This document shows, piece after piece, positions 31,775 through 41,054 of a stretch of 64,000 bases of DNA (positions are counted from its first letter, which is position 1; every line of letters starts with the position of its first letter). Under the pieces are notes generated by a model, which was not told where the DNA came from, made no database searches, and was given only the letters and a program-made list of their open reading frames with translations. The DNA lies in contig OZ244905.1 of NCBI GenBank assembly GCA_965221695.1, forward strand, positions 3,328,001 to 3,392,000, given 5' to 3'. Made by a program: the position numbers and the translations under genes. This DNA is from Gammaproteobacteria bacterium. Its GTDB lineage: Bacteria > Pseudomonadota > Gammaproteobacteria > Eutrophobiales > Eutrophobiaceae.

Positions 31775-33946
31775 TTAGAACCCGAGTTCCACCGATACGC
31801 CCCATTCGCTGGGACGCCCCACTTCAACGGTGGTGGCGCCGAAGGGGGTGTTGAATAAATTAAGACCGCTGGTCAGGTACTCCTTGTCAGTGAGGTTGGT
31901 CCCGAACACAGACAGCTTCAGGTTTTCACTGGCGCTGGCATAAGTCAGGCGCGCGCTCAACAAGCCGAACGATTCCTGTGTGACCGAATTGGGTTCCGGC
32001 GCCACCAAACGATAATCATCTTTCCAGCCCCAATCGATGCGCGCGCTCAGCGCTCCGCCGGTGTTCATCGGAAGCACAAATTCACCGCCAATGGTATAGG
32101 CAAAATCCGGAGAACGCGCCAACTGGGTGCCGGTGGAAATATCGTCATTGCCTTGATCATCGGTAATGCGCGCATCCATCCACGCGCCGGATGCATTGAT
32201 CTGAAAATTTTCGGTTACCAGCAGGGTCAGGTCCAACTCCACACCGTCTACCTGCGCTTCACCCACGTTCGAGACCCGCACATCATCGCCGACGATTGCG
32301 GGAAGTTGCAGGTCTGTGTAATCGGTGATGAATGCCGCAGCGTTAAAGCGCGCCCGGTTATCCCAGAAATCGCTCTTCAAGCCGATTTCGTAGGTATAGG
32401 CCTGTTCTTCATTGAACGGGTTCAAACCGTCGAACGGCGCGCCGGGGTTGGGTGATCTATCGTTAAACCCACCGCTTTTGAAACCACTTGATACGGACGC
32501 GTAAGTCATGATCCCGTCGTTCCACATGTAAGAGCCGGCGACCCGGAAAGTAAATTCCGAGAAACTCTCTTGCGCGCTGCCGACAACACCATTATGAAAT
32601 GCGCGGATTTTCTTGTCTTCCCAGGTGCCGCGTACCCCAACGGTCACATCAAGCCGGTCGGTAACGTGGATATTGCCCTCGCCAAATACCGCATAGCTAT
32701 CGGTTTCTTCATTAAAAATGAATTCGTTCAGGCCACCTAATGTTGCCCGTTGCTGCCGCCGATGGTCGTCGGGTTTTTCGTGATAGTAGAATAGGCCAAG
32801 GAGATAATCCAAACGTTCGGTAAAGCTGCCCTGCAGGTGGATTTCCTGTTGCACCTGTTCATGGTCACGCACGACAATTTCATCGCGCAACACCCCGGCC
32901 GAGCCATCGAAATCAACCTCAAACTCATAATCAAACGTGCGGTAGGAGGTCAGGGACTTGATCAGGAAATCACCCACTTGCCACTCGATGGTCAATCCCA
33001 GTCCGTAACCTTCGTAGTCGGAAAAGGTATCGGCGCTGATGTTGCTCACGTAAAGGTCGCCCGTTGGCGTGGGCACAGGTTGTCCTGAGCCTGCCAGGCG
33101 CGGCGCATTGGGGTTACCGGCGATGATATTCATCGGGTTGCCATTGGTCTTTGAATCGACCCAGTCATAGGTGAAATTCACCTCCAGGTCACTGGTGACA
33201 TCCCAGAGCAATTGCCCGCGCAAAGCGGTCACGTCCTTGTCCCCGGTATCCACCGGGTTATTCGGGTCGAATTGGTTGATCACATGCCCATCATACGTTT
33301 TGCTCAGTCCGGAGACACGCAAGTACATATTATCGGCCAACGCCACGTTCCCCATGCCCTCAACATCCAGCCGATCATAGTCGCCGGCGGTGAGCTTGAT
33401 ACGCCCTTCCGTTTCCTGGGAGGGTTTTTTTGAGACGTAGTTGATTGCGCCGCCAATGGAGTTTTTCCCGAACAACGTGCCTTGAGGCCCACGCATGACC
33501 TCGATCCGTTCCACATCCACCAGGTCGATCAGCCCACCGTCACTCTGGCCGAGAAAGATGCCGTCGATGTAAAGGCCGACACCCGCCTCGGCCGTGGACG
33601 CGCTGCGATCCTGACCAATGCCGCGGATGAAGATACTGGAAATGGAACCACCGAAACCCCCGCCTGAGCCAATAGTGATATTCGGCACGTAGGTATTGAG
33701 GTCAACCAGGTTGCCTATATTTCTTTTTTCCAGGTTTTCCGCGTCCAGCGCAACCACTGACAGCGGAACGGATTGCGCGCTTTCCTCAATGCGCCGCGCG
33801 GTGATGGTGATTTCCTCGATAATCGTTGCGCCACCGTCTTGATTATCAGCCACGACAGGTTGTGCGCTTATGATAAAGATTGGCGCCGCTACCAGCGTTA
33901 CCAGCAACCTGTTGATATTCCTGCGAAATTTAAGGAACAATCTCAT
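31775..33946 (-). CDS. TonB-dependent receptor
   Basis: EEITITARR TonB box, IEVMRGPQGTLFGKN, GFKSGGFN, C-terminal Phe; GGAGG RBS. Confidence 0.93.
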   Translation of the reverse strand: MRLFLKFRRNINRLLVTLVAAPIFIISAQPVVADNQDGGATIIEEITITARRIEESAQSVPLSVVALDAENLEKRNIGNLVDLNTYVPNITIGSGGGFGGSISSIFIRGIGQDRSASTAEAGVGLYIDGIFLGQSDGGLIDLVDVERIEVMRGPQGTLFGKNSIGGAINYVSKKPSQETEGRIKLTAGDYDRLDVEGMGNVALADNMYLRVSGLSKTYDGHVINQFDPNNPVDTGDKDVTALRGQLLWDVTSDLEVNFTYDWVDSKTNGNPMNIIAGNPNAPRLAGSGQPVPTPTGDLYVSNISADTFSDYEGYGLGLTIEWQVGDFLIKSLTSYRTFDYEFEVDFDGSAGVLRDEIVVRDHEQVQQEIHLQGSFTERLDYLLGLFYYHEKPDDHRRQQRATLGGLNEFIFNEETDSYAVFGEGNIHVTDRLDVTVGVRGTWEDKKIRAFHNGVVGSAQESFSEFTFRVAGSYMWNDGIMTYASVSSGFKSGGFNDRSPNPGAPFDGLNPFNEEQAYTYEIGLKSDFWDNRARFNAAAFITDYTDLQLPAIVGDDVRVSNVGEAQVDGVELDLTLLVTENFQINASGAWMDARITDDQGNDDISTGTQLARSPDFAYTIGGEFVLPMNTGGALSARIDWGWKDDYRLVAPEPNSVTQESFGLLSARLTYASASENLKLSVFGTNLTDKEYLTSGLNLFNTPFGATTVEVGRPSEWGVSVELGF

Positions 33947-33977
33947 TGATGTTACCTCCGCTCTTAAATTGACCTGT

Positions 33978-34045
33978 TAAGGATATCCTGCTCGATTCAG
34001 GGTTTTCCGTGCTCTGACAAGCCCCGGATGGACTTGTTCAGAGCC
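33978..34045. repeat. Short degenerate copy of the IS5-like miniature element
   Basis: GTGCTCTGACAAG-CCCC-GGATGGACTTGTTCAGAGC nearly identical to 8475-8510, preceded by a decayed first hairpin. Confidence 0.7.
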
Positions 34046-34084
34046 TGTCAATGACTATCCTAGTCATGATAAGCGGCAGCAGAG

Positions 34085-34107
34085 TAATACATTGTTTAGA
34101 TGTATTA
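34085..34107. promoter_or_regulatory. Candidate operator palindrome in the divergent promoter region
   Basis: TAATACAT-TGTTTAG-ATGTATTA, perfect 8-bp arms. Confidence 0.45.
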
Positions 34108-34152
34108 TGAGTTTTTGATATGACCGCAATCAAAATAGATGCCGGCGGTATC

Positions 34153-34397
34153 TAGCCCGGAAATCTCACCAATTCGCTTGTCAGCATTAGATAGATGTTT
34201 GCTGTCAATGAGTTATGATAATTTGCCAAGTATGTTGCCATTACACACTGCGCTTGATGCGCCCTCGCTGGTCTTTTTTGCGTTAGCGGGCACATGCTCC
34301 CTCAACCAGAAGAACCACTATGCTTTCGGTCGCGAGCACCCGCTAACGCAAAAAATCCTCAGCGATCATCGCATCAATTGGTGAGATTTCCGGGCTA
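34153..34397 (+). mobile_element. 245-bp MITE, copy 1
   Basis: TA-GCCCGGAAATCTCACCAATT...AATTGGTGAGATTTCCGGGC-TA perfect terminal IRs; internal 17-bp IR at 34274-34290/34339-34355. Confidence 0.88.
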
Positions 34398-34553
34398 AAC
34401 CCGTTCTCATTATTTCCGAAGGCCGCAAGACAGTTGTTGATTCTTAATTTAATTGCAGGATAAAAAATAAGTATTACCGGGATTGCCGCGAGGTGATTTA
34501 TCGTTTGACAGTGTTCAGCGTCAGGATGAGGATGAAAAGTGAAAACAGTTAAA

Positions 34554-35765
34554 ATGGGTATGAACAATACCGGCCCGTTAAGAGATATCAGAATCCTGGA
34601 TTTGTCCAGGCTGCTGGCCGGGAATTTCCTGTCTTTTCACCTGGCGGAGTTGGGCGCAGATGTGGTAAAAATCGAGAACACGCGCCAGGGCGACCCGCTG
34701 CGGGATTTCACTACCAAAGGCAAACAGGTTGCGTGGAAAATATTGTGCCGCAACAAGCGCAGCCTGTCTTTAAACTACACGACAGATGCACGCGGGCGCG
34801 AGTTGCTGTTCCGGTTGTTGGAGAATGCCCACGGGCTGATTGAAAATTTCAAACCCGGCGGCATGGAAAAATTCGGTTTGGCGCCCGATGTGCTGCACCG
34901 GGTCAACCCCAGGCTCGTGATCGTTCGCGTCAGTGGTTGGGGGCAGGATGGTCCTTACTCGCACAAGCCGGGTTTTGGCACGCTGGTGGAGGCATTTTCG
35001 GGTTATGCGGCCAAATCCGGTTTCCCGGACAGTGAACCACTACTGCCGAACCTGGGACTGGCGGACATGATCACCGGTGTTACCGGTGCGTTTTCACTGC
35101 TTTCCGCGATCAGGGAGGTCGAGGTGAACGGCGGCCGGGGACAGGTCATCGATCTCAGCCTGCTGGACGGTATCACCAGTTTCCTCGGCATTGATCCGGC
35201 GATTTGCCGGTTGACCGGCAAGCCAATTCCCAGGCTCGGCAACAGGGGTGAAGTCTCGGCGCCGCGTAACCTGTACCGAACAAGCGACGGGCGTTACATC
35301 GCCATTTCCGCCTCCATGCAATCCATGTTTGATAAGTTGTTCATCGCGATAGGGCAGGCAGACCTGCTGGATGATCCCAGGTTCAGGACCAATGAGGATC
35401 GCGTCAGGAACAGCGATAAACTGGATGAGATATTGGGCGCATTCATCGCCCGGCGCAGCGCCAGGGACAACCTGGACTTCTTCGAGAAAAATGATGTGAC
35501 CGCGGGTCCGCTCTACGATGCCATCGAGATCCTGAACGACCCGCATGTACAGGAACGTGGCGTTTATGTCTCGGTGGACGACCCGGACCTGGGGCCGATG
35601 CCGGCGCCGAATATTGCGGCCCGGTTATCCGCGACACCCGGTAGTCTGCGCACCCATGCGCCAAAGCTTGGCGAGCATACCGAGGAGATTCTGCATGCAT
35701 TGGGCTTGACCGGCAACGAGATAGCCGGGCTGGAAGCTGAACAGGTGATCAAATGCAACAGGTAA
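34554..35765 (+). CDS. CaiB/BaiF class III CoA-transferase
   Basis: GPLRDIRILDLS, GADVVKIE, RNKRS, ENFKPG, GLADMITG catalytic Asp. Confidence 0.93.
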   Translation: MGMNNTGPLRDIRILDLSRLLAGNFLSFHLAELGADVVKIENTRQGDPLRDFTTKGKQVAWKILCRNKRSLSLNYTTDARGRELLFRLLENAHGLIENFKPGGMEKFGLAPDVLHRVNPRLVIVRVSGWGQDGPYSHKPGFGTLVEAFSGYAAKSGFPDSEPLLPNLGLADMITGVTGAFSLLSAIREVEVNGGRGQVIDLSLLDGITSFLGIDPAICRLTGKPIPRLGNRGEVSAPRNLYRTSDGRYIAISASMQSMFDKLFIAIGQADLLDDPRFRTNEDRVRNSDKLDEILGAFIARRSARDNLDFFEKNDVTAGPLYDAIEILNDPHVQERGVYVSVDDPDLGPMPAPNIAARLSATPGSLRTHAPKLGEHTEEILHALGLTGNEIAGLEAEQVIKCNR

Positions 35766-36598
35766 CCACGCAATTTTACCGTTCTCTGCTGTTTGTGCCC
35801 GTGTTGGTAAAGCGGCGCGTCAACAAAGCTGCCGGTCTGCACGCCGATACCATCATACTGGACCTGGAGGCTTCTATTCCACTGGCTCAGAAACAGGAAG
35901 CCAGGGACAAGGCGCCCGAAGTGGCGGATTTTTTGCGGGCCGCCGGCAAGTCGGTCATGATTAGAATCAACCGTGCCAACGCAGAGGATGCGGTAATGGC
36001 CGCGGCCGCTGATATAGATGGCCTGGTGGTCCCTGTCGTTGAACAACCGGATGATATCTATGGCATCATCAACGCAATTCGCGCAGCAGGACTGACGGCG
36101 CCGCCGCTTCTCCCCATTATTGAAACGCCGCGGGGTCTGCTTAATTTGAGTGAGCTGATCAGCATCGACGCGGGCGTTTGCGGCCTGGCATTCGGGGCGG
36201 AAGATTTCGTCCAGGTGATGGGCAGTCGCGCCCTGCCTTGTGCTGATCTGCTGTTCAACGGCGCTTGGCAGGTGGCTGTGACCGCCAGGGCCTACGGCAT
36301 TAAGCCCTATGGAATTGCCGGCAGCCTGGTTGACTTCAACGACCTGGACACTTACCGCACGCTTTGTGAGCAGGCCAGGCGCATCGGCATGGTGGGTTGC
36401 CCGGCAATACATCCGGGCCAGCTTGACGTTCTCAACGAAGTCTTTTCAGCGTCCCCGGCAGAACTGTCTTACGCGTCCAGGGCAATAGCCGAATTTGAAG
36501 CTGCCGGAGAAAAAGCGATTGCCGTAGAGGGCCGGTTGGTGGATTACCCGATATATTTCAGATTCAAGCAATTACTGGAAGAGTACGGTCAAGCATAG
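35753..36598 (+). CDS. CitE/HpcH-family CoA-ester lyase
   Basis: RSLLFVP, IILDLE, IRIN, IETP, FGAEDF, IHPGQ. Confidence 0.88.
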   Translation: MQQVTTQFYRSLLFVPVLVKRRVNKAAGLHADTIILDLEASIPLAQKQEARDKAPEVADFLRAAGKSVMIRINRANAEDAVMAAAADIDGLVVPVVEQPDDIYGIINAIRAAGLTAPPLLPIIETPRGLLNLSELISIDAGVCGLAFGAEDFVQVMGSRALPCADLLFNGAWQVAVTARAYGIKPYGIAGSLVDFNDLDTYRTLCEQARRIGMVGCPAIHPGQLDVLNEVFSASPAELSYASRAIAEFEAAGEKAIAVEGRLVDYPIYFRFKQLLEEYGQA

Positions 36599-36648
36599 TC
36601 GCTGTGTCACAATTTCACTCCGGGCAGTTCACTTAGCTCCGCCCGCAG

Positions 36649-36673
36649 GCAGGCGGGACGCCTGCAATCCCGG
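36649..36673. repeat. REP-like hairpin between convergent genes
   Basis: GCAGGCGGGACGCCTGCAATCCCGG. Confidence 0.5.
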
Positions 36674-36727
36674 GCTGGATGTGCCCCGAACTTATCCGCC
36701 GCAACACCGGGCCAACACCCAGCCGCA

Positions 36728-37249
36728 TTACTTATCCGGAATCAACGGATCGGGAATGTCATAAAATTCGACTTCGACGCTTACCTGGCCGCTACGTGTG
36801 AGCCGATCCACTTCCCGGGCATCGGGACCGAGCGGTTCCTTGAATTCCCCGAGCTGCGGCATGCCTTTCTCCATCTTTGATTTGGCCTTCAGTACCATTT
36901 CGTGCAGCTCTGCGGAGTAGGGCAGTTGGTGCGACCTCGGACGGGACCTGCCGGACAGGTCATTGAGGTCTTTGAGCCAGAGATAGACCTTGCCCTCGGC
37001 GCCAGTCATCTTATCCGGCTGTACAATATCCGCGGCGACCAGGCGAAAACGCGCCGGGGGCTGGTCCCCGGTCGGCCAGCCAAGCAACGGGGGCCAGGAC
37101 AGGTACGTGATAACGTACAGCAGCGTGGTGGCCACGATGGAACCGGCCTTGACTTTCCACGACCAGTTGGAATACAGGTTGATGCTCAGCAGCAGCAGCG
37201 CAACCAGTACATAAGCGGCGACCAATCCGGTGATTCCCAGTGTATACAC
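36728..37249 (-). CDS. Hypothetical two-TM protein with soluble domain (third gene of motor-like module)
   Basis: Two N-terminal TMs, LLGWP, VYLWL, PRSHQLPYS; AAGGAGA RBS. Confidence 0.85.
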   Translation of the reverse strand: MYTLGITGLVAAYVLVALLLLSINLYSNWSWKVKAGSIVATTLLYVITYLSWPPLLGWPTGDQPPARFRLVAADIVQPDKMTGAEGKVYLWLKDLNDLSGRSRPRSHQLPYSAELHEMVLKAKSKMEKGMPQLGEFKEPLGPDAREVDRLTRSGQVSVEVEFYDIPDPLIPDK

Positions 37250-37278
37250 GATGATTTCTCCTTTGCGGCGATGAATGT

Positions 37279-37523
37279 TAGCCCGAATATCTCACCAATT
37301 GATGCGATGATCGCTGAGGATTTTTTGCGTTAGCGGGTACTCGCGACCGAAAGCATAGTGGTTCTTCTGGTTGAGGGAGCATGTGCCCGCTAACGCAAAA
37401 AAGACCAGCGAGGGCGCATCAAGCGCAGTGTGTAATGGCGACATACTCGACAGATTACCATAACTCATTGACAGTAAACATCTATCCGATGCTAACAAGC
37501 GAATTGGTGAGATATTCGGGTTA
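37279..37523 (-). mobile_element. 245-bp MITE, copy 2 (inverted relative to copy 1)
   Basis: TA-GCCCGAATATCTCACCAATT...AATTGGTGAGATATTCGGGT-TA; colinear with copy 1; end overlaps the stop codon at 37521-37523. Confidence 0.88.
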
Positions 37524-38114
37524 GCCGATAGATACCAGTTGTTTCGGCAAGAAATTGATGTTTGATACTTTTCCGTCGATGTTGATGCGGAACCTGAAGG
37601 CCGTTTTCTCCACGCCGTTTTGTTCCAGGGTAACCGTATCGTAATACACGATCTCCAGGGATGGATTGACCTTCACCAGGCGCACCTGTACATCAACGGG
37701 TTGTCCGGTTTCCGTTGCGTAATAATGCAGGTTGACGATGTATTCACCTTTTACCACCCCCCTGATGGTAACGACTTCCTGGTTGAGCGGGTTCTGCAGC
37801 TCCTCGCCATTGACTAAGATGGTGTCGTTGACCAGTCCCCTGTCATCGCGGTCCAAGTGCAGCAAGCCTGCTTCCGGGTTGCGGAACCAGACCACCCTGC
37901 CGTCCGGGTCTTCGACCCATACATCAATGTCATCGGGGTTATTGTCTTCCCAGGTGATGGTAAGAATATATTCGGCCTTCGGGTCGATGATCCCGGACTT
38001 GGCCTCGGGATTCATGAACATGATTGCCACCAGGAACAGGAAGGTAAAACCCAGCAGGGCATTGAACAGCAGGTCCGTGAACGGGTCCGATTGGTAGCGC
38101 TTGTAGTTGTTCAC
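37521..38114 (-). CDS. ExbD/MotB-like single-TM protein with YfaP/DUF2135-like domain
   Basis: DPFTDLLFNALLGF TM with intramembrane Asp; W..DDIDVWVEDPDG..LDRDDRG..GEYIVNLHYY. Confidence 0.7.
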   Translation of the reverse strand: MNNYKRYQSDPFTDLLFNALLGFTFLFLVAIMFMNPEAKSGIIDPKAEYILTITWEDNNPDDIDVWVEDPDGRVVWFRNPEAGLLHLDRDDRGLVNDTILVNGEELQNPLNQEVVTIRGVVKGEYIVNLHYYATETGQPVDVQVRLVKVNPSLEIVYYDTVTLEQNGVEKTAFRFRINIDGKVSNINFLPKQLVSIG

Positions 38115-38857
38115 GTCAGCTTGGGCAGGATATGCACCTGGGTCAGGTGCTTGGTGGTATCGATCAGTTCATCGGCAGCCTGGTCCAGCAGGTGGAACTG
38201 GGCCGCGGTCAGGATACTGCAGGTCAGCCCGGCAAACGTGGTGTATAACGCGGTGCCCATACCCGAACTCATCTCCTTGAGTATATTCTGCATCGTCGTC
38301 ACGTCAAAGTCCGTTACATTCACCACGGAACCGAGCATCAGCACAAAACCGATGATCGTGCCCAGCAGCCCCAGTTTTATCATGATATCGGTACAGAACC
38401 AGCCCAGGTTATGGGGATTTTTAAGTTTCGCCTCAAAAACCTCGATCAATTCCTTGTTGTTCGCATTCACCGTAATGTTTTCGGTCTGCTCATCCGGCGC
38501 CGGGCTGGATTGCGCCCGATAGAACAGGTCCAGCAGGTAACGGGTCAGCAGGCAGTCGGGCAACTTTTCGTTGTTGTCCAGGTATACCTGATCGCCGTTC
38601 ACCGCAAGCTCGTGCCGGCGCGCCAGCGCGTAGACCTTCTCCGAGTGATTGATTTCCACCGAGATAAACCATACCCGGCGTGCGCAGTACAGGGTCATGA
38701 TGATGAACATCAGCGTGATGACCCAGGACAGCTTGCTGACGTCGCCCAGGTAAAGCAACAGCAGCACTTTCTCGCGCAGCGCGAGGAACAGCGCAAAACC
38801 GATCAAGCTGATTAGCAGCAACCATACAAGTAATAAATGATGTTCGCCTTTTTTCAT
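38111..38857 (-). CDS. MotA/TolQ/ExbB proton-channel family protein
   Basis: LGLLGTIIGF and SGMGTALYTTFAGL helices plus two N-terminal TMs. Confidence 0.85.
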   Translation of the reverse strand: MKKGEHHLLLVWLLLISLIGFALFLALREKVLLLLYLGDVSKLSWVITLMFIIMTLYCARRVWFISVEINHSEKVYALARRHELAVNGDQVYLDNNEKLPDCLLTRYLLDLFYRAQSSPAPDEQTENITVNANNKELIEVFEAKLKNPHNLGWFCTDIMIKLGLLGTIIGFVLMLGSVVNVTDFDVTTMQNILKEMSSGMGTALYTTFAGLTCSILTAAQFHLLDQAADELIDTTKHLTQVHILPKLT

Positions 38858-38894
38858 GATTGTTTTTAGGAACCTCCTTTATTTCAGCGGGCAG

Positions 38895-38909
38895 GCAAAT
38901 TCTATCCCG
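38895..38909 (-). promoter_or_regulatory. Candidate sigma54 -24/-12 promoter
   Basis: Minus strand CGGGATAGAATTTGC (GG-N10-GC), upstream of AAGGAGG and the motA-like gene. Confidence 0.4.
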
Positions 38910-38932
38910 GATCCTTTGTGTCTGCCCCCCCG

Positions 38933-39478
38933 TTACTCCCGTATCACCACCTTGGTGCCCAGCGGGATATATTTTCTCAGTTCGTTAATCTCTTCGTTGG
39001 TCACTGCTATACAGCCTTCCGTCCAGTTGTGCGCCTCATGTATCCGGCTTTTCTCGTCAGTGATCCGACCGATGCCGTGGATGCCGATATATCCGCCGAG
39101 TCCGGTATTCTGCGGCGGTAGGCTATTACGCTTGTACGCGAGGACAATCTGCTTGAATTCGACGGCAGAAATGACCTCATTCGAGTAACCGCGCCAGGCA
39201 TCAAGGGGGTTAGGATAATTTAACTGGATGAAAAAATGAAATTTACTGTTGGATTTGAAATCAATCACCCGGTATGTGCCAATAGGCGTCTTGTTATCGC
39301 CGGCGCGTATCTTCGTGCCTTTCCCGCCTCTCCCGTGAGAGATATCGTAATACCTGATCACTTCCTCATCCTGCTTGACCACCAGCGTACGCTCGGACTT
39401 GCTGACCTCGACGGTATACGGCGACGCGGCTGCCGCCAGGCAGAAAATACTCAGGATGATGGTGAACAGGAATTTCAT
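38933..39478 (-). CDS. L,D-transpeptidase (YkuD family)
   Basis: Signal peptide, GDNKTPIGTY, LNYPN, IGIHG...WTEGCIAV catalytic His/Cys. Confidence 0.92.
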   Translation of the reverse strand: MKFLFTIILSIFCLAAAASPYTVEVSKSERTLVVKQDEEVIRYYDISHGRGGKGTKIRAGDNKTPIGTYRVIDFKSNSKFHFFIQLNYPNPLDAWRGYSNEVISAVEFKQIVLAYKRNSLPPQNTGLGGYIGIHGIGRITDEKSRIHEAHNWTEGCIAVTNEEINELRKYIPLGTKVVIRE

Positions 39479-39551
39479 CGAAGCCTATTTTTAAGGTTTA
39501 CGCTGCGGAAATCAACTGGTTCATTTTAACCACCTGCATTATACTGTCTCC

Positions 39552-41054
39552 ATGGCTTATGCTCGCAAACGATCTCTCAGTCACCTGTTGCTGGTGCATG
39601 AGATCGCCTTCCTGTTCTTAGTGGCAGTGACCGGCTTGCTCACCGGTTTGTCCGCCTACCTGTGGCAGAAAACCTCAGCGGCATCCGACCGCATCAACAA
39701 CTCGATTTACCTGAGTGAGCAGTTACGCGGCGAACTGTATCGGCAATTGCAGCAGGTTTCGCGGGCGCGCTGGTCCGGCGACGAGGATGCGCTGGAAGTA
39801 TATTATGAATATTCAAGGCGTATCGGCCGCCATTTCAACCAGTTGCGGCGCACTTCTCTGACCCGGGACGAAGATGAGGTGGTGCAGGCGCTGCAACTGG
39901 CTTACCGTAAGATTCAGATCGATATTTACCGCATCTTCGACGAACCCGCTCGTCCGGACACGACAGGAACACCGCATATCATGGATTTTCGCAATGCCGA
40001 TGCGATGTTTGATGAGTTCGAGCAGAAATACCTGGAATTGAAGGCGCTGTACACAGAACAGCTCCGGGAACTGGAACAGACCATTGAATTCTGGACCCGC
40101 TATGCGCCGGTTTTGATCCCGGTGCTGTTCCTGCTGGCTGTCGTCATCGTGGTGATTACCAGCCGCATAATCCGCAACAGTTTCGTGCGGCCGATGGCTG
40201 CGATCATGGCCGGCGCAACGGAAATCAGCCGCGGCGAACTGGGCCACAGGATTCCGGAACAAGGTGTGAATGAGGTCGCGCAACTGGCCGGTTCCATCAA
40301 CCATATGGCCGCGGAGTTGAAAACCAGCCGTGATGCGCTGGTGGAGCATGAACGGCAGGCAGCGCTGGGGAGTCTTATCCCGGTCGTCGCCCACAATATC
40401 CGCAACCCGCTGGCCAGTATCAGGGCTGCCGCGCAAGTGCTGGACGACGCAGACAACAAGGACGAACTGAAGGAAGGCAAGCAGGCCATCGTCGGCACCA
40501 TCGACCGCCTGGGGCGCTGGGTGAATGCGCTGGTCTCCTACCTGCATCCGTTGCAGCCCGAGTTAAGAGATGTCGGCGTTGTTGCATTGCTGGATGCGGC
40601 GCTGGCGCTGTTGCAGACCAAAATCTCAGAGAAGGCAATCACTGTGAAGCGGGAATACCGGGACCTGTCAATCACTCTCAAGGTGGACCCGGACCTGATG
40701 GAGCAGGCGATCTACGGCCTGATGGCCAATGCCGTGGACGCCTCGCCGGCCCGCGTCGAACTGTTGATAACAGTGACTGAAACGGAACAGGCCGTGATTA
40801 TAGGCATTCGCGATTACGGCCCCGGCCTGCCGTTCAAGCCGGAACCCGGAAACCTCGAACCCGGCCCTTCCACGAAACGCTTCGGCACCGGCCTGGGCAT
40901 ACCCATTGCATTCAAAATCTGCCAGAGTCATGGCTGGCGCCTGGATTTTGAGACGCAGGAAACCGGAACCCTGGCAAGAATTACCGCGCCAAAACGCGAA
41001 CCAGCGGAACAATCGGGCCAGGGTGAAATCTCTTCTGACCCCCATATATCCTGA
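39552..41054 (+). CDS. HAMP-domain sensor histidine kinase
   Basis: Two TMs, helical periplasmic sensor, HAMP, AHNIRNPL H-box, DYGPG and GTGLG. Confidence 0.92.
   Translation: MAYARKRSLSHLLLVHEIAFLFLVAVTGLLTGLSAYLWQKTSAASDRINNSIYLSEQLRGELYRQLQQVSRARWSGDEDALEVYYEYSRRIGRHFNQLRRTSLTRDEDEVVQALQLAYRKIQIDIYRIFDEPARPDTTGTPHIMDFRNADAMFDEFEQKYLELKALYTEQLRELEQTIEFWTRYAPVLIPVLFLLAVVIVVITSRIIRNSFVRPMAAIMAGATEISRGELGHRIPEQGVNEVAQLAGSINHMAAELKTSRDALVEHERQAALGSLIPVVAHNIRNPLASIRAAAQVLDDADNKDELKEGKQAIVGTIDRLGRWVNALVSYLHPLQPELRDVGVVALLDAALALLQTKISEKAITVKREYRDLSITLKVDPDLMEQAIYGLMANAVDASPARVELLITVTETEQAVIIGIRDYGPGLPFKPEPGNLEPGPSTKRFGTGLGIPIAFKICQSHGWRLDFETQETGTLARITAPKREPAEQSGQGEISSDPHIS

Noticed and set aside
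34274-34355. Internal MITE hairpin as an intrinsic terminator
   Set aside because: On both strands the T-run precedes the stem and an A-run follows it, the reverse of terminator polarity.
34139-34567. Short ORFs repeated at 34139-34567 and 37292-37498
   Set aside because: They are translations of the two MITE copies, with differing starts and no transposase motifs.
34153-37523. Composite transposon formed by the two inverted MITEs
   Set aside because: The enclosed DNA holds parts of two unrelated loci and copy 2 lies inside an operon; independent insertions are simpler.
37521-38857. Zorya defence system or flagellar stator
   Set aside because: No long ZorA tail, no OmpA-like domain, and no zorC/D/E or flagellar genes.
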